From an uncultured Gammaproteobacteria bacterium (GTDB taxonomy: Bacteria; Pseudomonadota; Gammaproteobacteria; UBA9214), in the NCBI GenBank assembly GCA_963827755.1, contig CAWHCQ010000013.1, positions 1 through 64,000 on the forward strand: a stretch of DNA of 64,000 nucleotides, in the 5' to 3' direction. The position numbers were made by a program, and so were the translations under genes. The first letter of the stretch is position 1. Each line of letters starts with the position of its first letter. The notes beneath the pieces were generated by a model. That model had not been told where the DNA came from, made no database searches, and saw only the letters and a list, made by a program, of their open reading frames with translations. Below are positions 21,209 to 30,983 of the stretch, piece by piece.

Positions 21209-21984
21209 GGTTCAATTACCGATTCAGGTGGTTGGTGTTTGTCGGGGTGCGGGTGAAGCGGTGTTTTCTTCAGCCAGAGCTGCAGGGCCTGGAAGTAAAT
21301 GGCCAGGACGATTTTCACGGTCATGAACGGGTAGCGGACCAGGACGCCGGCCAGGCTGTACGAACTGATGGGCTTCCTGTCGAGTACCAGTGTCGCATCA
21401 AACAGTGCCTTGCCATCCTTGTAGTTCTTCTTGTGAACCACGAGATGCCCGGCGGGCGCTGTAAATCTCCAGTCATAGTCAACATTCATGTCCATGAAGG
21501 GCGAGACATGAAAGCTTTTGTCCACCAGGAAGCGCTTGTTCCGGGAGTTTCCCCGGTTGATCGATTCAGGGAGGATGTAACAGTGTTGTTCTCCCCATGG
21601 CGTATTGTTGACTTCGGCGACAATGACTTCGACCTTGCTGTCGGCCGCGTCAAAGCAGTAATAAAAACTTACCGGGTTGAATCCGTAACCGAAATAGCGC
21701 AGGTTGGTCAGCAGGCGAACCGGGCCGGTAAGCTCGATCCCGGTTTTTTCCTTAACCAGCCGGCGCACCGCTGCAGCCAGTTCTGTGGAACTGTCGCCGA
21801 GGTGGTCGGCGCGCCTGAAGCGGGCGAGGGCCGGGTGTTTTGCAGACCACAGCCAGTACCTTTTGAACAGGCCGGGCAGCTCATCCAGGTCCAGGTAGAG
21901 CATGAACAGCCGGTAGCTGAACGCGTGGGCCACGGGCGTGTAACGCCGGTGTTTAACTTGCCCGAGATAAAGACAGCTGTGCAT
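21205..21984 (-). CDS. DUF1365 protein (UfaO-like)
   Basis: G.V.HRR..P..H.F.Y, FNPVSFYYC, EVNNTPWGE.H.Y, K.FHVSPF. Confidence 0.92.
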   Translation of the reverse strand: MHSCLYLGQVKHRRYTPVAHAFSYRLFMLYLDLDELPGLFKRYWLWSAKHPALARFRRADHLGDSSTELAAAVRRLVKEKTGIELTGPVRLLTNLRYFGYGFNPVSFYYCFDAADSKVEVIVAEVNNTPWGEQHCYILPESINRGNSRNKRFLVDKSFHVSPFMDMNVDYDWRFTAPAGHLVVHKKNYKDGKALFDATLVLDRKPISSYSLAGVLVRYPFMTVKIVLAIYFQALQLWLKKTPLHPHPDKHQPPESVIEP

Positions 21985-23233
21985 TTTCGCTGTGTTCCTC
22001 GAAATGTTGCAGGGCATCGAGTGCGCTGACAACGCCATCCTCGTGAAAACCGTTGCCCCAATAGGCGCCGCAGAACCAGGTGCGCTGCTGCCCGTTGATT
22101 TCTGCCTGGCGTTTCTGTGCACCAACCGCCTCTTTGGTAAAGACAGGGTGTTCGTATTGCAGGCGCAGCAATATTTTTTGCGGGTCGATATTTCCGGAAT
22201 TGTTGAGCGTCACGCAGAAGGTGTCCGGGCCCCTGAGTCCCTGCAGGATATTCATATTATAGGTGACCGATGCGCGCTGGTCATGGCGATCACTCATGCG
22301 CAGGTAGTTCCATGCCGCCCAGGCGCGTCGGCTGGCCGGTAACTGCGCTGTGTCCGTATGCAGGACCACGTCGTTGTCCTGATAACGGATTGCTCCCAGT
22401 ATCTCGCGCTCCAGCCGGCTTGCGTCGGACAGCATGGCGAGCGCCTGGTTGCTGTGGCTGGCGATAAAGACATGGTCAAAGCGATCCCGGTGACCCTGCG
22501 AGGTGCGTATCTCGACATGATCGGGGTGGCGCGTTGCCGACACAACCGCCTCGCCAAGGCGGATTCGGTCGCGATAGGGTGCGGTCAGTTTCTGCACGTA
22601 GCGGTGAGAGCCGCCCGTTATGACATGCCATCGCGGCCTGTCCTTGATGTTGAGCAGGCCGTGGTTGGAAAAGAAGCGCACAAAATAACCGGCCGGGAAT
22701 TCCAGCATTTGTCCCGGGTCCGTCGACCAGATCGCCGCTCCCATGGGAATGATGTAATTGTCGATAAAGAGCGAACTGTAGTCATGTGACTGCAAGTAGT
22801 CCCCGAGTGACAGTGAGTCATTCGGGTTTTCAAGCAATTCCATGGATTCACGGTTGAAACGCAGGATATCCCTGATCATGCGATGAAAACGCGGCCGCAG
22901 CAGGTTGCGTCGTTGTGCAAAAAGACGGTTCAGTGAGGAGCCGTTGTACTCGAGACCGCTGACCAGGCAGCGGCTGCTGAAGCTCATCTCGGTGGGCCGG
23001 GATTCGACGCCCAGTTCATTCAGCAGTTTTATAAAGTTGGGGTAGGTCCAGTCATTGAACACGATAAAGCCGGTATCGATGAAATATTCCCGGCCGTTAA
23101 GGCTGACCTGGTGTGTGTCGGTGTGACCACCGGCATGATCACCTGCCTCGAACACGGTGATGTCGTGCTCCCTGCACAGGTGCCAGGCCGCCACGTTGCC
23201 GGCGATGCCGCTGCCTATGACCGCGATTTTCAT
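21953..23233 (-). CDS. FAD-dependent amine-oxidase-like oxidoreductase (UfaD-like)
   Basis: IAVIGSGIAG, DTGFIVFN..TYPNF, AWAAWNY, GAYWGNGFHEDG. Confidence 0.92.
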   Translation of the reverse strand: MKIAVIGSGIAGNVAAWHLCREHDITVFEAGDHAGGHTDTHQVSLNGREYFIDTGFIVFNDWTYPNFIKLLNELGVESRPTEMSFSSRCLVSGLEYNGSSLNRLFAQRRNLLRPRFHRMIRDILRFNRESMELLENPNDSLSLGDYLQSHDYSSLFIDNYIIPMGAAIWSTDPGQMLEFPAGYFVRFFSNHGLLNIKDRPRWHVITGGSHRYVQKLTAPYRDRIRLGEAVVSATRHPDHVEIRTSQGHRDRFDHVFIASHSNQALAMLSDASRLEREILGAIRYQDNDVVLHTDTAQLPASRRAWAAWNYLRMSDRHDQRASVTYNMNILQGLRGPDTFCVTLNNSGNIDPQKILLRLQYEHPVFTKEAVGAQKRQAEINGQQRTWFCGAYWGNGFHEDGVVSALDALQHFEEHSENAQLSLSRAS

Positions 23234-23781
23234 CGCTTGTCGATGCCCCGGTCATGGGGCGCATGAGGCACACGCAGTATTTTCCCTGTGTCGTAGCCCT
23301 GTTTTTCAAGCAGGCCGAGCATGCCCCGGTAGTCGGCTTCAGGGATGTCAGGCGAACGCGCCATGATCCAGACAAAATCACGCTTGTTGCGGCCGATGAT
23401 GGTTTGCGTGTAGTCGTTTGTGAGGTATATCACCCGGTAATCCGCCTTCACGGGCCAGATGAACTGCATGCCCCAGACAGCATTGCCGCTGCCGGGTTTG
23501 ACATAGCCGGTGGGCTGATAGGTCTTCAGCGGTCCGTCGTAACCGCCCTTGTTAAAGCTGAAGGTTGTCGCGATGTTGCCATCATCATTTAATGTGTAGG
23601 ACTCAACCGCGTTATAGGCATCACGCTCGATGAAGGTCGGTATGTTCGCGATGACATACCAGTCACCCATAAAGCGCTCGAGATCGACATGGTCGACAGC
23701 CTCCAGCGGCTTGTAGGCAGTGCCGCAGGCGGCCAGGGACAGGCAGGCAAGCATCGTAAACAGCCTACTTCGAATTCTCAT
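23230..23781 (-). CDS. Lipocalin (Blc-like lipoprotein)
   Basis: Lipobox LAAC; VDLERFMGDWYVIA; VWIMARSP. Confidence 0.9.
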   Translation of the reverse strand: MRIRSRLFTMLACLSLAACGTAYKPLEAVDHVDLERFMGDWYVIANIPTFIERDAYNAVESYTLNDDGNIATTFSFNKGGYDGPLKTYQPTGYVKPGSGNAVWGMQFIWPVKADYRVIYLTNDYTQTIIGRNKRDFVWIMARSPDIPEADYRGMLGLLEKQGYDTGKILRVPHAPHDRGIDKR

Positions 23782-24433
23782 GGCCTGCCTGCTCGATCAT
23801 GTAACGCAACACCCGGCCGCTTTCCGTGATTGATTCCAGCGCCAGCCATTCATCATTTTTTGAATACCAGATGTCGATGTTGAAGTCCTTGTTCATGACC
23901 CGGTAACGCAGTGCCGGAATCTTTTCCTTGCCGGTATCTATCATTTCTTCACCGTAAAAACGGCTTGAGACCTCGAGATACTCGCCGGTTTGTGAATTAA
24001 GCAGCCGGGTGTTGTCGAGGAACGATTTGTCCCAGTAGGAAAATGTACTTATGCAGGGTGGCAATACCTGCTTGCCGTCCCGGGTCTCGAGCACAAAGCC
24101 GTCTTCATTTGCCGTGCCCTGAAGCCGGTATTCCTTGCCGTTGTCATCGGTGACTGCGGCAATCCCGTTGAGGCACTGGTCATCCCAGGTCTCCCTGTTG
24201 TCATGCCGGTATGTATAGAGCGGGATGCGCAGGAAGCTCACCTTGAAACGCGCTTCAATGGTCATTAAATGCCTGTTGCCTGCATTGCTGCGGTAAAAAC
24301 GGTGATAGCCGATTTCCCTGTCGTCCAGATACACCCTGAAATTCCACTGCTTCTCGAATGATGCGCCAGCGCCCGCCGGTATCGCTGCCGCGATAATCCA
24401 TAAACCCGCCAGCAGAAGCTTGCCGGTGTTCAT
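23765..24433 (-). CDS. Exported protein (DUF6134-like)
   Basis: Signal peptide; F.V.LD.REIG.H.F; Y.Y.H...E.W; LLNSQTGE; W..LES. Confidence 0.7.
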   Translation of the reverse strand: MNTGKLLLAGLWIIAAAIPAGAGASFEKQWNFRVYLDDREIGYHRFYRSNAGNRHLMTIEARFKVSFLRIPLYTYRHDNRETWDDQCLNGIAAVTDDNGKEYRLQGTANEDGFVLETRDGKQVLPPCISTFSYWDKSFLDNTRLLNSQTGEYLEVSSRFYGEEMIDTGKEKIPALRYRVMNKDFNIDIWYSKNDEWLALESITESGRVLRYMIEQAGHENSK

Positions 24434-25227
24434 TTTGCATTCACCGCCTTGTGCCGCACACCGGGCGGGCCGGGGAAGAAGGCATTGGTGCTTTCGATAT
24501 AGTCGCGATAGGCAGGCCTGCGTTCGGCGATATCCTTTTCCAGCAGGGCGACACCGGATACCCGCAACAGCAGGAACGTCATCAACAGCGGAGAAATAAC
24601 GGACCACCAGCCACCTGCCGCGACGGCAAATAAATAGAATCCCCACCACACGCAGCATTCGCCGAAGTAATTGGGGTGGCGGGTATAGCGCCACAGTCCC
24701 TGGTCCATGACTTTTCCCGCGCTGCCCGGTTTTTGCTTGAAGGCGGCAAGCTGCATGTCGGCAATGGCCTCGAAGAGGATGCCGAACACCACAAGGGCGG
24801 CAGCCAGGCCGTCAAGTACACCGGGTTGCCGTGTGCTGTTGACTGCCGCCAGCAGTGGCAAGGAAATAATCCAGGCCAGCGCCGCCTGCAGCAGAAAGAC
24901 GATGAAAAGACTCTTGATGGCAAAGTGGGGCTGGTTCCTGGCGCGGATTGCCTGGTAGCGGGCATCCTCGGGCTGGCCCCGGTTGCGCCAGGTAATGAAT
25001 GCCGACAGGCGTATCGACCAGATACCGACCAGTACCAGGACCAGCACTGCGCGGTAGCCGGGCGACTCGATATGCAGTGTGTAGACCAGGCAGAGCGCCA
25101 GGAAAAACAGCCCCCAGACGCTGTCGACTATGCTTGCATCGCGTTTAACGAGACTCATGGCCCAGGTCGCGGTTGCCAGCAGCAGTGCGACCGACAGGCC
25201 GGTCAGGTAGAGTGGCAGATCAAACAT
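24430..25227 (-). CDS. DUF1295 (steroid 5-alpha-reductase-like) membrane protein
   Basis: ASIVD..W, ED.RY, GLWRYTRHPNYFGE, VSGVALLE. Confidence 0.92.
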   Translation of the reverse strand: MFDLPLYLTGLSVALLLATATWAMSLVKRDASIVDSVWGLFFLALCLVYTLHIESPGYRAVLVLVLVGIWSIRLSAFITWRNRGQPEDARYQAIRARNQPHFAIKSLFIVFLLQAALAWIISLPLLAAVNSTRQPGVLDGLAAALVVFGILFEAIADMQLAAFKQKPGSAGKVMDQGLWRYTRHPNYFGECCVWWGFYLFAVAAGGWWSVISPLLMTFLLLRVSGVALLEKDIAERRPAYRDYIESTNAFFPGPPGVRHKAVNAK

Positions 25228-26302
25228 GCGAGCCCCTGCCCGCGGTGCGCAGATGCGGCTCTGCCGGTTTTTCGAACAGGTAATGGCTGACCCGCCACTG
25301 CTGTCCCCTGTCACAAGCAAATAACTCTGCGCAGGCCATGAAGAACATGCGCCAGCGCATCCACCATTTCTGCACGTCTTCCGGTCCGTAGCATGCGGCA
25401 AGGACCGGCCGGATCAGTTCTTCGCGGGCATCCATGTTGGCCAGCCAGGCGTTGGCGGTTTTTTCATAGTGAAGTCCGTCCCAGCGCCACTGCTCGATAA
25501 ACTTCAGCTGGTCCTGGAATACCAGCGGCAGATCATCGCCGGGCATCATGCCGCCCGTGAAGAAGTGCCGGCTCATCCAGTCGCTCTCGTCCCTGGCCTC
25601 AAATGCATACGGGACGTCGCGGTGACAGAAGATGTGCATGAAAAAACGCCCGCCGGGCCTGAGCCAGTCGTTGATGCGCCGGAACAGCGTGCGGTAATTG
25701 CGCATGTGTTCGAACATTTCCACCGAGACGACGCGGTCGTATTGCCCCGCCGGTGAAAAAACATTCATGTCCGCGGTGAGCACCTCGATGTTGCCGAGGT
25801 CGGCCAGCAGGGCCTGCTGCATGATGTATTCGCGCTGCGAGCTCGAGTTTGAAACAGCCACGATGCGGCTGTGGGGAAAATGCCGGGCCATCCAGAGTGT
25901 CAATGAACCCCAGCCACAACCCAGCTCCAGGATATCCATGCCGTCAACAAGTCCGGCGCGCTCGCAGGTGATGCGCAAGGCGTCGGCCTCTGCCTGGTCG
26001 AGATCGTCAGTCCCCTTGTCCCAGTAACAACAGCTGTACTTGTTGTGCTTGCCGAGGACCTGCCGGAAGAATCTCGCAGGCAACTCGTAATGCTGCTCAT
26101 TCGCCTGCTGCGGCAGCGGGGCAATCTCGCTGTTGTCCATCAGCGTCACGAAACGGCCTTTTTGCCGGGCCGTGCTTTCGCAATCGTTAATAGAGAGTGC
26201 CTCGCTCCTGGCCTTCAGCAGCCGCCTGATACCATGGCGAATGACGCTGTCCGGCAGCAGACCCTGCTCGCTCCAGTTGATTGCCCGTGCGCTTGTACCC
26301 AT
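25220..26302 (-). CDS. SAM-dependent methyltransferase (CFA/coclaurine N-methyltransferase-like)
   Basis: ANEQHYELP..FF, KYSCC, LELGCGWGSL, SVEMFEHMRNY, WRMFFMACAELF. Confidence 0.9.
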   Translation of the reverse strand: MGTSARAINWSEQGLLPDSVIRHGIRRLLKARSEALSINDCESTARQKGRFVTLMDNSEIAPLPQQANEQHYELPARFFRQVLGKHNKYSCCYWDKGTDDLDQAEADALRITCERAGLVDGMDILELGCGWGSLTLWMARHFPHSRIVAVSNSSSQREYIMQQALLADLGNIEVLTADMNVFSPAGQYDRVVSVEMFEHMRNYRTLFRRINDWLRPGGRFFMHIFCHRDVPYAFEARDESDWMSRHFFTGGMMPGDDLPLVFQDQLKFIEQWRWDGLHYEKTANAWLANMDAREELIRPVLAACYGPEDVQKWWMRWRMFFMACAELFACDRGQQWRVSHYLFEKPAEPHLRTAGRGSHV

Positions 26303-26335
26303 GGTGTATCTCGCTGTTGGAGTATTTGCCAAAAA

Positions 26336-26361
26336 TATACAAAACTTATACAAAAATTACA
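26336..26361. promoter_or_regulatory. Putative CarH/LitR-type operator for the methyltransferase operon
   Basis: TATACA at 26336 and 26347 (11-bp spacing), degenerate third copy. Confidence 0.6.
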
Positions 26362-26501
26362 ATTCATTTTTAACGGGATGATGGCGAACAATTGCCCGCC
26401 GGCTCCGGAAATGCATATTAATATTATTAATAAACAATTTATTATAGAAATTTTAGTGCCATTCATGAAAATCTTGCGAGGAATTTTCCAGCGCAATAAT
26501 T

Positions 26502-26528
26502 TGTACAAAACAAGCCAATAGTTATACA
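26502..26528. promoter_or_regulatory. Putative CarH/LitR-type operator upstream of glutathione peroxidase
   Basis: TGTACA at 26502 and TATACA at 26523. Confidence 0.5.
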
Positions 26529-26564
26529 ATCATTGGCCATTGACGGGCAACGGGGGCGATATGC

Positions 26565-27116
26565 ATGAACAAAAAACTGATTTTTGCGGCATTTCTGCTG
26601 AGCCTGGTTTGCCGGCCCGCCCTTGCCGGGGAGGCGGCCTGCCCCGCGGCGCTTGATTTTCACAAGCCGCTGCTGGCCAGCAAGGAACAGGTGCATCTCT
26701 GCGAGATGTTTCGCAACAAGGTCGTGCTGGTGGTGAATACCGCCAGCAAGTGTGGCTATACGCCGCAATACGAAGGCCTGGAGAAGCTCTATTCCGACTA
26801 CCGCGACAGGGGGCTGGTGGTGGCCGGGTTTCCCTCCAATGACTTCGCCGGCCAGGAACCGGGGGCGGAGCAGGAAATTCAGAAATTTTGCCGGCTGACC
26901 TACGGGGTAAAGTTTCCCATGTTCGGAAAAACACATGTCAAGGGTGCAGAGGCTGACCCGCTGTATGCATACCTTGCCAGTGCCTCCGGCGAAAGGCCAC
27001 GATGGAACTTTCACAAATACCTGCTCGACAGGGAAGGACAGGTGGTCGCCAGTTTTCCCAGTCACGTCAGGCCCGATGACCGGCGCCTGGTCAAGGCAAT
27101 CGAGGATTTGTTATGA
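26565..27116 (+). CDS. Glutathione peroxidase (Cys-type, with signal peptide)
   Basis: VNTASKCGYTPQY, GFPSNDF..QEPG, WNFHKYL. Confidence 0.95.
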   Translation: MNKKLIFAAFLLSLVCRPALAGEAACPAALDFHKPLLASKEQVHLCEMFRNKVVLVVNTASKCGYTPQYEGLEKLYSDYRDRGLVVAGFPSNDFAGQEPGAEQEIQKFCRLTYGVKFPMFGKTHVKGAEADPLYAYLASASGERPRWNFHKYLLDREGQVVASFPSHVRPDDRRLVKAIEDLL

Positions 27117-28108
27117 GAGATCCGGCAACGGAAAATCCCTGCAACACCCCGGCAGTCGACAGCGGTTCCCTGCCGAGAGTCGGTGTAAGTGCCTGCTTGC
27201 TGGGCAAGGAAGTCAGGTTCGATGGTGGTCACAAACGCTGCCGCTTCATTACCGATACGCTTGCCGGGCATTTCGAGTTTGTGCCGTTTTGTCCTGAAGT
27301 CGCCATCGGCATGGGTACGCCACGGCAGCCGATTCACCTGCTGGCCGATGCGCGGGGCATTCGTGCCATCGGTGTGCGCGATGCCGGGCTCGAAGTCACC
27401 CTGCCGCTGAAGCTGTACGGCCGGTCCGTGGCAGGCAGAATCAGCGACCTGAGCGGCTTTGTTTTCAAGAAAGATTCGCCCAGTTGCGGCATGGAGCGGG
27501 TAAAAGTCTACAACGACGCGGGTATGGCCGAGCGCAGCGGTACGGGCCTGTTTGCCAGCGAGATCATCGAGGCGCATCCGCTCCTGCCGGTGGAGGAGGA
27601 AGGACGGCTGAACGATGCGGAACTGCGGGAAAATTTTATCAACCGTGTGTATGTGCATGCGCGCTGGCAGTCCTTGCAGCAACAGGGGCTGACCAAGTCT
27701 GCGCTTCTGGCCTTTCATGCCAGTCACAAGTTGCTGGTCATGGCACACAGTACCGTGGTGTATCGCGAGCTGGGGCGGATGTTGTCCAACCTGGGCAATG
27801 TCGACCTGCCGGTGCTGGCTGATCGCTACATCGCCCGCCTGATGGGCGCCCTGAAAACAGTGGCGACGCGCAAACGCCACACCAATGTCCTGCAGCACCT
27901 GACAGGTTATCTGAAAAACAAGCTCGCCAGGCCGCACCTGCACGACCTGGTGGAAACCATCGAGGCCTACCGGCGCGGTGACTATCCCCTGGTTGTTCCT
28001 GTGCGGATGCTGCAACACCATTTTCTCGGCAACCCGCATCCCTACGTCAGCCGGCAGGTCTACCTGTATCCGCACCCGCAAAAACTCGGGCTGCGCAACC
28101 ATATTTGA
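27113..28108 (+). CDS. DUF523/DUF1722 (YbgA-like) protein
   Basis: GVSACLLG.EVRFDGGHK, CPEVAIGMGTPR, KDSPSCG, EEEGRLND, HL.GYLK. Confidence 0.92.
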   Translation: MRDPATENPCNTPAVDSGSLPRVGVSACLLGKEVRFDGGHKRCRFITDTLAGHFEFVPFCPEVAIGMGTPRQPIHLLADARGIRAIGVRDAGLEVTLPLKLYGRSVAGRISDLSGFVFKKDSPSCGMERVKVYNDAGMAERSGTGLFASEIIEAHPLLPVEEEGRLNDAELRENFINRVYVHARWQSLQQQGLTKSALLAFHASHKLLVMAHSTVVYRELGRMLSNLGNVDLPVLADRYIARLMGALKTVATRKRHTNVLQHLTGYLKNKLARPHLHDLVETIEAYRRGDYPLVVPVRMLQHHFLGNPHPYVSRQVYLYPHPQKLGLRNHI

Positions 28109-28134
28109 CGCTGATTACGTGGCTGAAGCTTAAC

Positions 28135-29592
28135 TCAGGTTCTCTCGAGTTGTTTGACCCTGTCCCAGGCGGCGAGTGCATCGCGTCGGCTTTGTGCCAG
28201 ATCGGTGATCGGCTCGGGATAGTTCCTGCCCAGGGTAATGCCGGCGTCTGCAAGAATGTCCGGGTCGGCCGCCCAGGGCCGGTGCAGGTAGCGGTTATCG
28301 AGTTCCGCCAGTTCGGGAACCCAGCGGCGGATGTAGTACCCTGCCTTGTCGAACTTCTGTCCCTGCAATACCGGGTTGAAAATGCGAAAGTAGGGCGCGG
28401 CATCGGCACCGCAGCCGGCGGTCCATTGCCAGCCCATGGTGTTGTTGGCGAGATCGGCATCGACCAGCGTGTCCCAGAACCAGCGTGCACCTTCCTGCCA
28501 CGGGATCAGCAGGTTCTTCACCAGGCAGGAGGCGACGACCATGCGCACGCGGTTGTGCATGTAGCCGGTCGTCCACAGTTCGCGCATGCCGGCATCGACC
28601 AGCGGGATGCCGGTCTGCCCGGTTTGCCAGGCTCGCAGGTCGTTTGCATAGTTCTTTTTCCAGGGAAACCTGTCGAAGCGTTTGTCCAGCGGTTGTAACG
28701 GCGTGGACGGAAAGTGGTAGAGCAAATGGTGGCTGAATTCGCGCCAGGCGATTTCGCGCAGATAGGCTTCAGCCGCGGCGACTGTTCCGGGTGTCGAGAC
28801 CGTTGCGGCATGCTGTTCCAGCCGGGACCAGATCTGCACCGGGCTGATTTCACCAAAATGCAGATGCGCGGACAGGTGCGACGTCCCGGACGATGCCGGT
28901 ACATCACGGCCGGTCGCATAATCATGCAATCCGTCAGCGCAAAAACTCTCCAGTGCCTGCCAGGCGCCGCCTTCGCCCGGATGCCAGTGGTCGTAAAAGG
29001 CCTTGTCCCAGTCAAGCGCCGGCAGCAGCTGCAGGGATTCGATGTCGATACCCCCGGCTGGCTTCCGCTCCGGAAGGGCGGGAAGTTTTTCAGGTCGCCG
29101 GAGTACGCCACGCGAAGGGCCGATGTCATGCAGTTTTTTCCAGAAGGGTGTGAACACGCGGTAGGGGGTTCCATCCTTTTTCAAATGCTCCAGGGGTTCA
29201 CGCAGCAGTGCGGCCTTGTGGGTGCTGACCTGGCAGCCCTGTTTTTCAAATGCCTGGCGGATATGTGCATCGCGCCTGGTAAAGGCAGGTTCGTAACAGC
29301 GGTTCCAGGCAAGTCTTTTTGCGCCGCTTTGTTTGAGCAGCTTCGCCAGGATGGTTTGCGTGTCGCCTTTGAAGATCAACAGCTCACTGCCGCATGCCTG
29401 CAGGGAGCGTTGCAGTGCACCGAGGCTGTGATGCAGCCACCAGGCGCTTGCCGCTCCCGCCGGCCAGTCGGCATCGGGTTCGTCGTGAATATATACAGGG
29501 ATGGGCGTTAGCCCCTCGTCGAGAAGGGCCTGCAACGCGGGGTTATCGGCCAGGCGCAGATCGCGGCGCAGCCAGAGCAGTGCTACTGACAT
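28135..29592 (-). CDS. phrB: Deoxyribodipyrimidine photolyase (CPD type)
   Basis: RRDLRLADNPAL, VFTPFW, LHFGEISP, GYMHNRVRM, DAAPYFRIFNP. Confidence 0.95.
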   Translation of the reverse strand: MSVALLWLRRDLRLADNPALQALLDEGLTPIPVYIHDEPDADWPAGAASAWWLHHSLGALQRSLQACGSELLIFKGDTQTILAKLLKQSGAKRLAWNRCYEPAFTRRDAHIRQAFEKQGCQVSTHKAALLREPLEHLKKDGTPYRVFTPFWKKLHDIGPSRGVLRRPEKLPALPERKPAGGIDIESLQLLPALDWDKAFYDHWHPGEGGAWQALESFCADGLHDYATGRDVPASSGTSHLSAHLHFGEISPVQIWSRLEQHAATVSTPGTVAAAEAYLREIAWREFSHHLLYHFPSTPLQPLDKRFDRFPWKKNYANDLRAWQTGQTGIPLVDAGMRELWTTGYMHNRVRMVVASCLVKNLLIPWQEGARWFWDTLVDADLANNTMGWQWTAGCGADAAPYFRIFNPVLQGQKFDKAGYYIRRWVPELAELDNRYLHRPWAADPDILADAGITLGRNYPEPITDLAQSRRDALAAWDRVKQLERT

Positions 29593-29593
29593 G

Positions 29594-30523
29594 TCAGCGT
29601 GGCCTGTTTAATGTTTTGTTGACCAGTTGCAGGCCGGACGCAATATTCTCACCCAGGCAAACGGCACCGCCCTTCTCAAGTGCTTCGTGGTGGGAAACAG
29701 ACGTACTCCCGCCGACAAACACCGGCGCCTCGATTCGGCTGACCAGTGCAGGCAGTTCCGTTTCCAGGGCGTCGCGTGCAAGTTTCGAGGAGCTCGACAG
29801 GACAACACCGGCGCAGGGTTTCTGGGCGAGAACCCCGGGGATTTGCTGCAGCGGTGTATTCGCGCCGAGTACCAGGACACGGTAGCCGCTATTGACCGCG
29901 GCGAGTGAAAAAAACAACAGGCCGATCTCATGCAGTTCGCCGGGCAGGCAGGCCAGTAACAGCAGGGGCCCGCTGCCGCGCTGGTTCATATGGTGAATGC
30001 GGGTGCCAAGCTTGTTGCGCAGATAGACCGAGAAGAAGTGTTCTTCGGCAATACCGGTGTCGCGTTTCTTCCAGCGTTCTCCCAGCAGGCGCAGTAGCGG
30101 GGTGGTCAGCCGCTGGCTGACGACATCAACCGGGTAGAGTGACAGGGCGTCATTGTATGCGCCATCAAGTGCCGGTTCGTCAAATCTTTCTATGGCAGCG
30201 AGCATGCTCTCCTGGTAGTGCTTCCAGATATCGCCCGGGACAGTTGTCGAGGCCGCGGCGCCGGGCCCCTGCTCGAGCAGGGGCTTGACGTTGCTGACCG
30301 AGATGCCCTGGCCGAGCAGCTCGACAATCTGGCGTATGCGTTCGACATCCTGCCGGGTATAGAGGCGGTGGCCTTTGGGCGTGCGCTGCGGTGTGATCAG
30401 GTTATAGCGGCGTTCCCAGGCGCGCAGGGTGACGGCATTGACGCCGGTCAGCATGGACACGGTGCGTATCGGCATCAGGCCCGCAGCGGGGACGGGCGGC
30501 ATTTTTGCGGAATCATCAGGCAT
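29594..30523 (-). CDS. MerR-family cobalamin-binding photoreceptor (CarH/LitR-like)
   Basis: TLRAWERRY..P.RT..GHRLY HTH; W-x9-EH (WKKRDTGIAEEH); E-x-H-x-x-G (GELHEIG). Confidence 0.9.
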   Translation of the reverse strand: MPDDSAKMPPVPAAGLMPIRTVSMLTGVNAVTLRAWERRYNLITPQRTPKGHRLYTRQDVERIRQIVELLGQGISVSNVKPLLEQGPGAAASTTVPGDIWKHYQESMLAAIERFDEPALDGAYNDALSLYPVDVVSQRLTTPLLRLLGERWKKRDTGIAEEHFFSVYLRNKLGTRIHHMNQRGSGPLLLLACLPGELHEIGLLFFSLAAVNSGYRVLVLGANTPLQQIPGVLAQKPCAGVVLSSSSKLARDALETELPALVSRIEAPVFVGGSTSVSHHEALEKGGAVCLGENIASGLQLVNKTLNRPR

Positions 30524-30542
30524 GAGGGTTCTTGCCAAAGAT

Positions 30543-30569
30543 TATACAAATGTTGTACATTATTGTACA
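30543..30569. promoter_or_regulatory. Putative CarH autoregulatory operator
   Basis: TATACA 30543, TGTACA 30554, TGTACA 30564 (11 and 10 bp spacing). Confidence 0.7.
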
Positions 30570-30638
30570 ATTATTTGTGTCGGGGCGTCTCTGCCCGCAT
30601 GCGGGTATGCCGCGTAAACGTTTGTCAGCGGAGGATTA

Positions 30639-30983
30639 ATGGCCGATTTAAGTGTTCTCAGATTGCTCCGGAATGACCCGGAGGCCGCGGCAGAGATGCT
30701 GGCCGCCGCCGAGCGCGGCGATGTCGATGCGCAATACGCCATGGGATTGATCTACGCAGAGGGCCGGGGTGTCACGCAGGACGAAGCCAGGGCATTTTAC
30801 TGGCTGACTCGCGCCATCGAACAGGGCGATAAAGCTGCCCGGCAGCTGTTGCAGGTCGTTGCCTTCAGCATGAGCGAGGCACAGTTCGAACAGGCCGATG
30901 CGTTGCTCGACGGGTATCGCAGCGCGGACAGGCCGGCGGAAGTGAACAGCAGCAATCGCACCACCCGGCGCAGGTTGCACTGA
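30639..30983 (+). CDS. Small Sel1-repeat protein
   Basis: GGAGG RBS; AAERGDVDAQYAMGLIYAEGRGV.QD...A..W...A.EQG. Confidence 0.85.
   Translation: MADLSVLRLLRNDPEAAAEMLAAAERGDVDAQYAMGLIYAEGRGVTQDEARAFYWLTRAIEQGDKAARQLLQVVAFSMSEAQFEQADALLDGYRSADRPAEVNSSNRTTRRRLH

Noticed and set aside
26565-27116. Selenocysteine glutathione peroxidase
   Set aside because: The active-site codon is TGT (Cys) and there is no in-frame TGA
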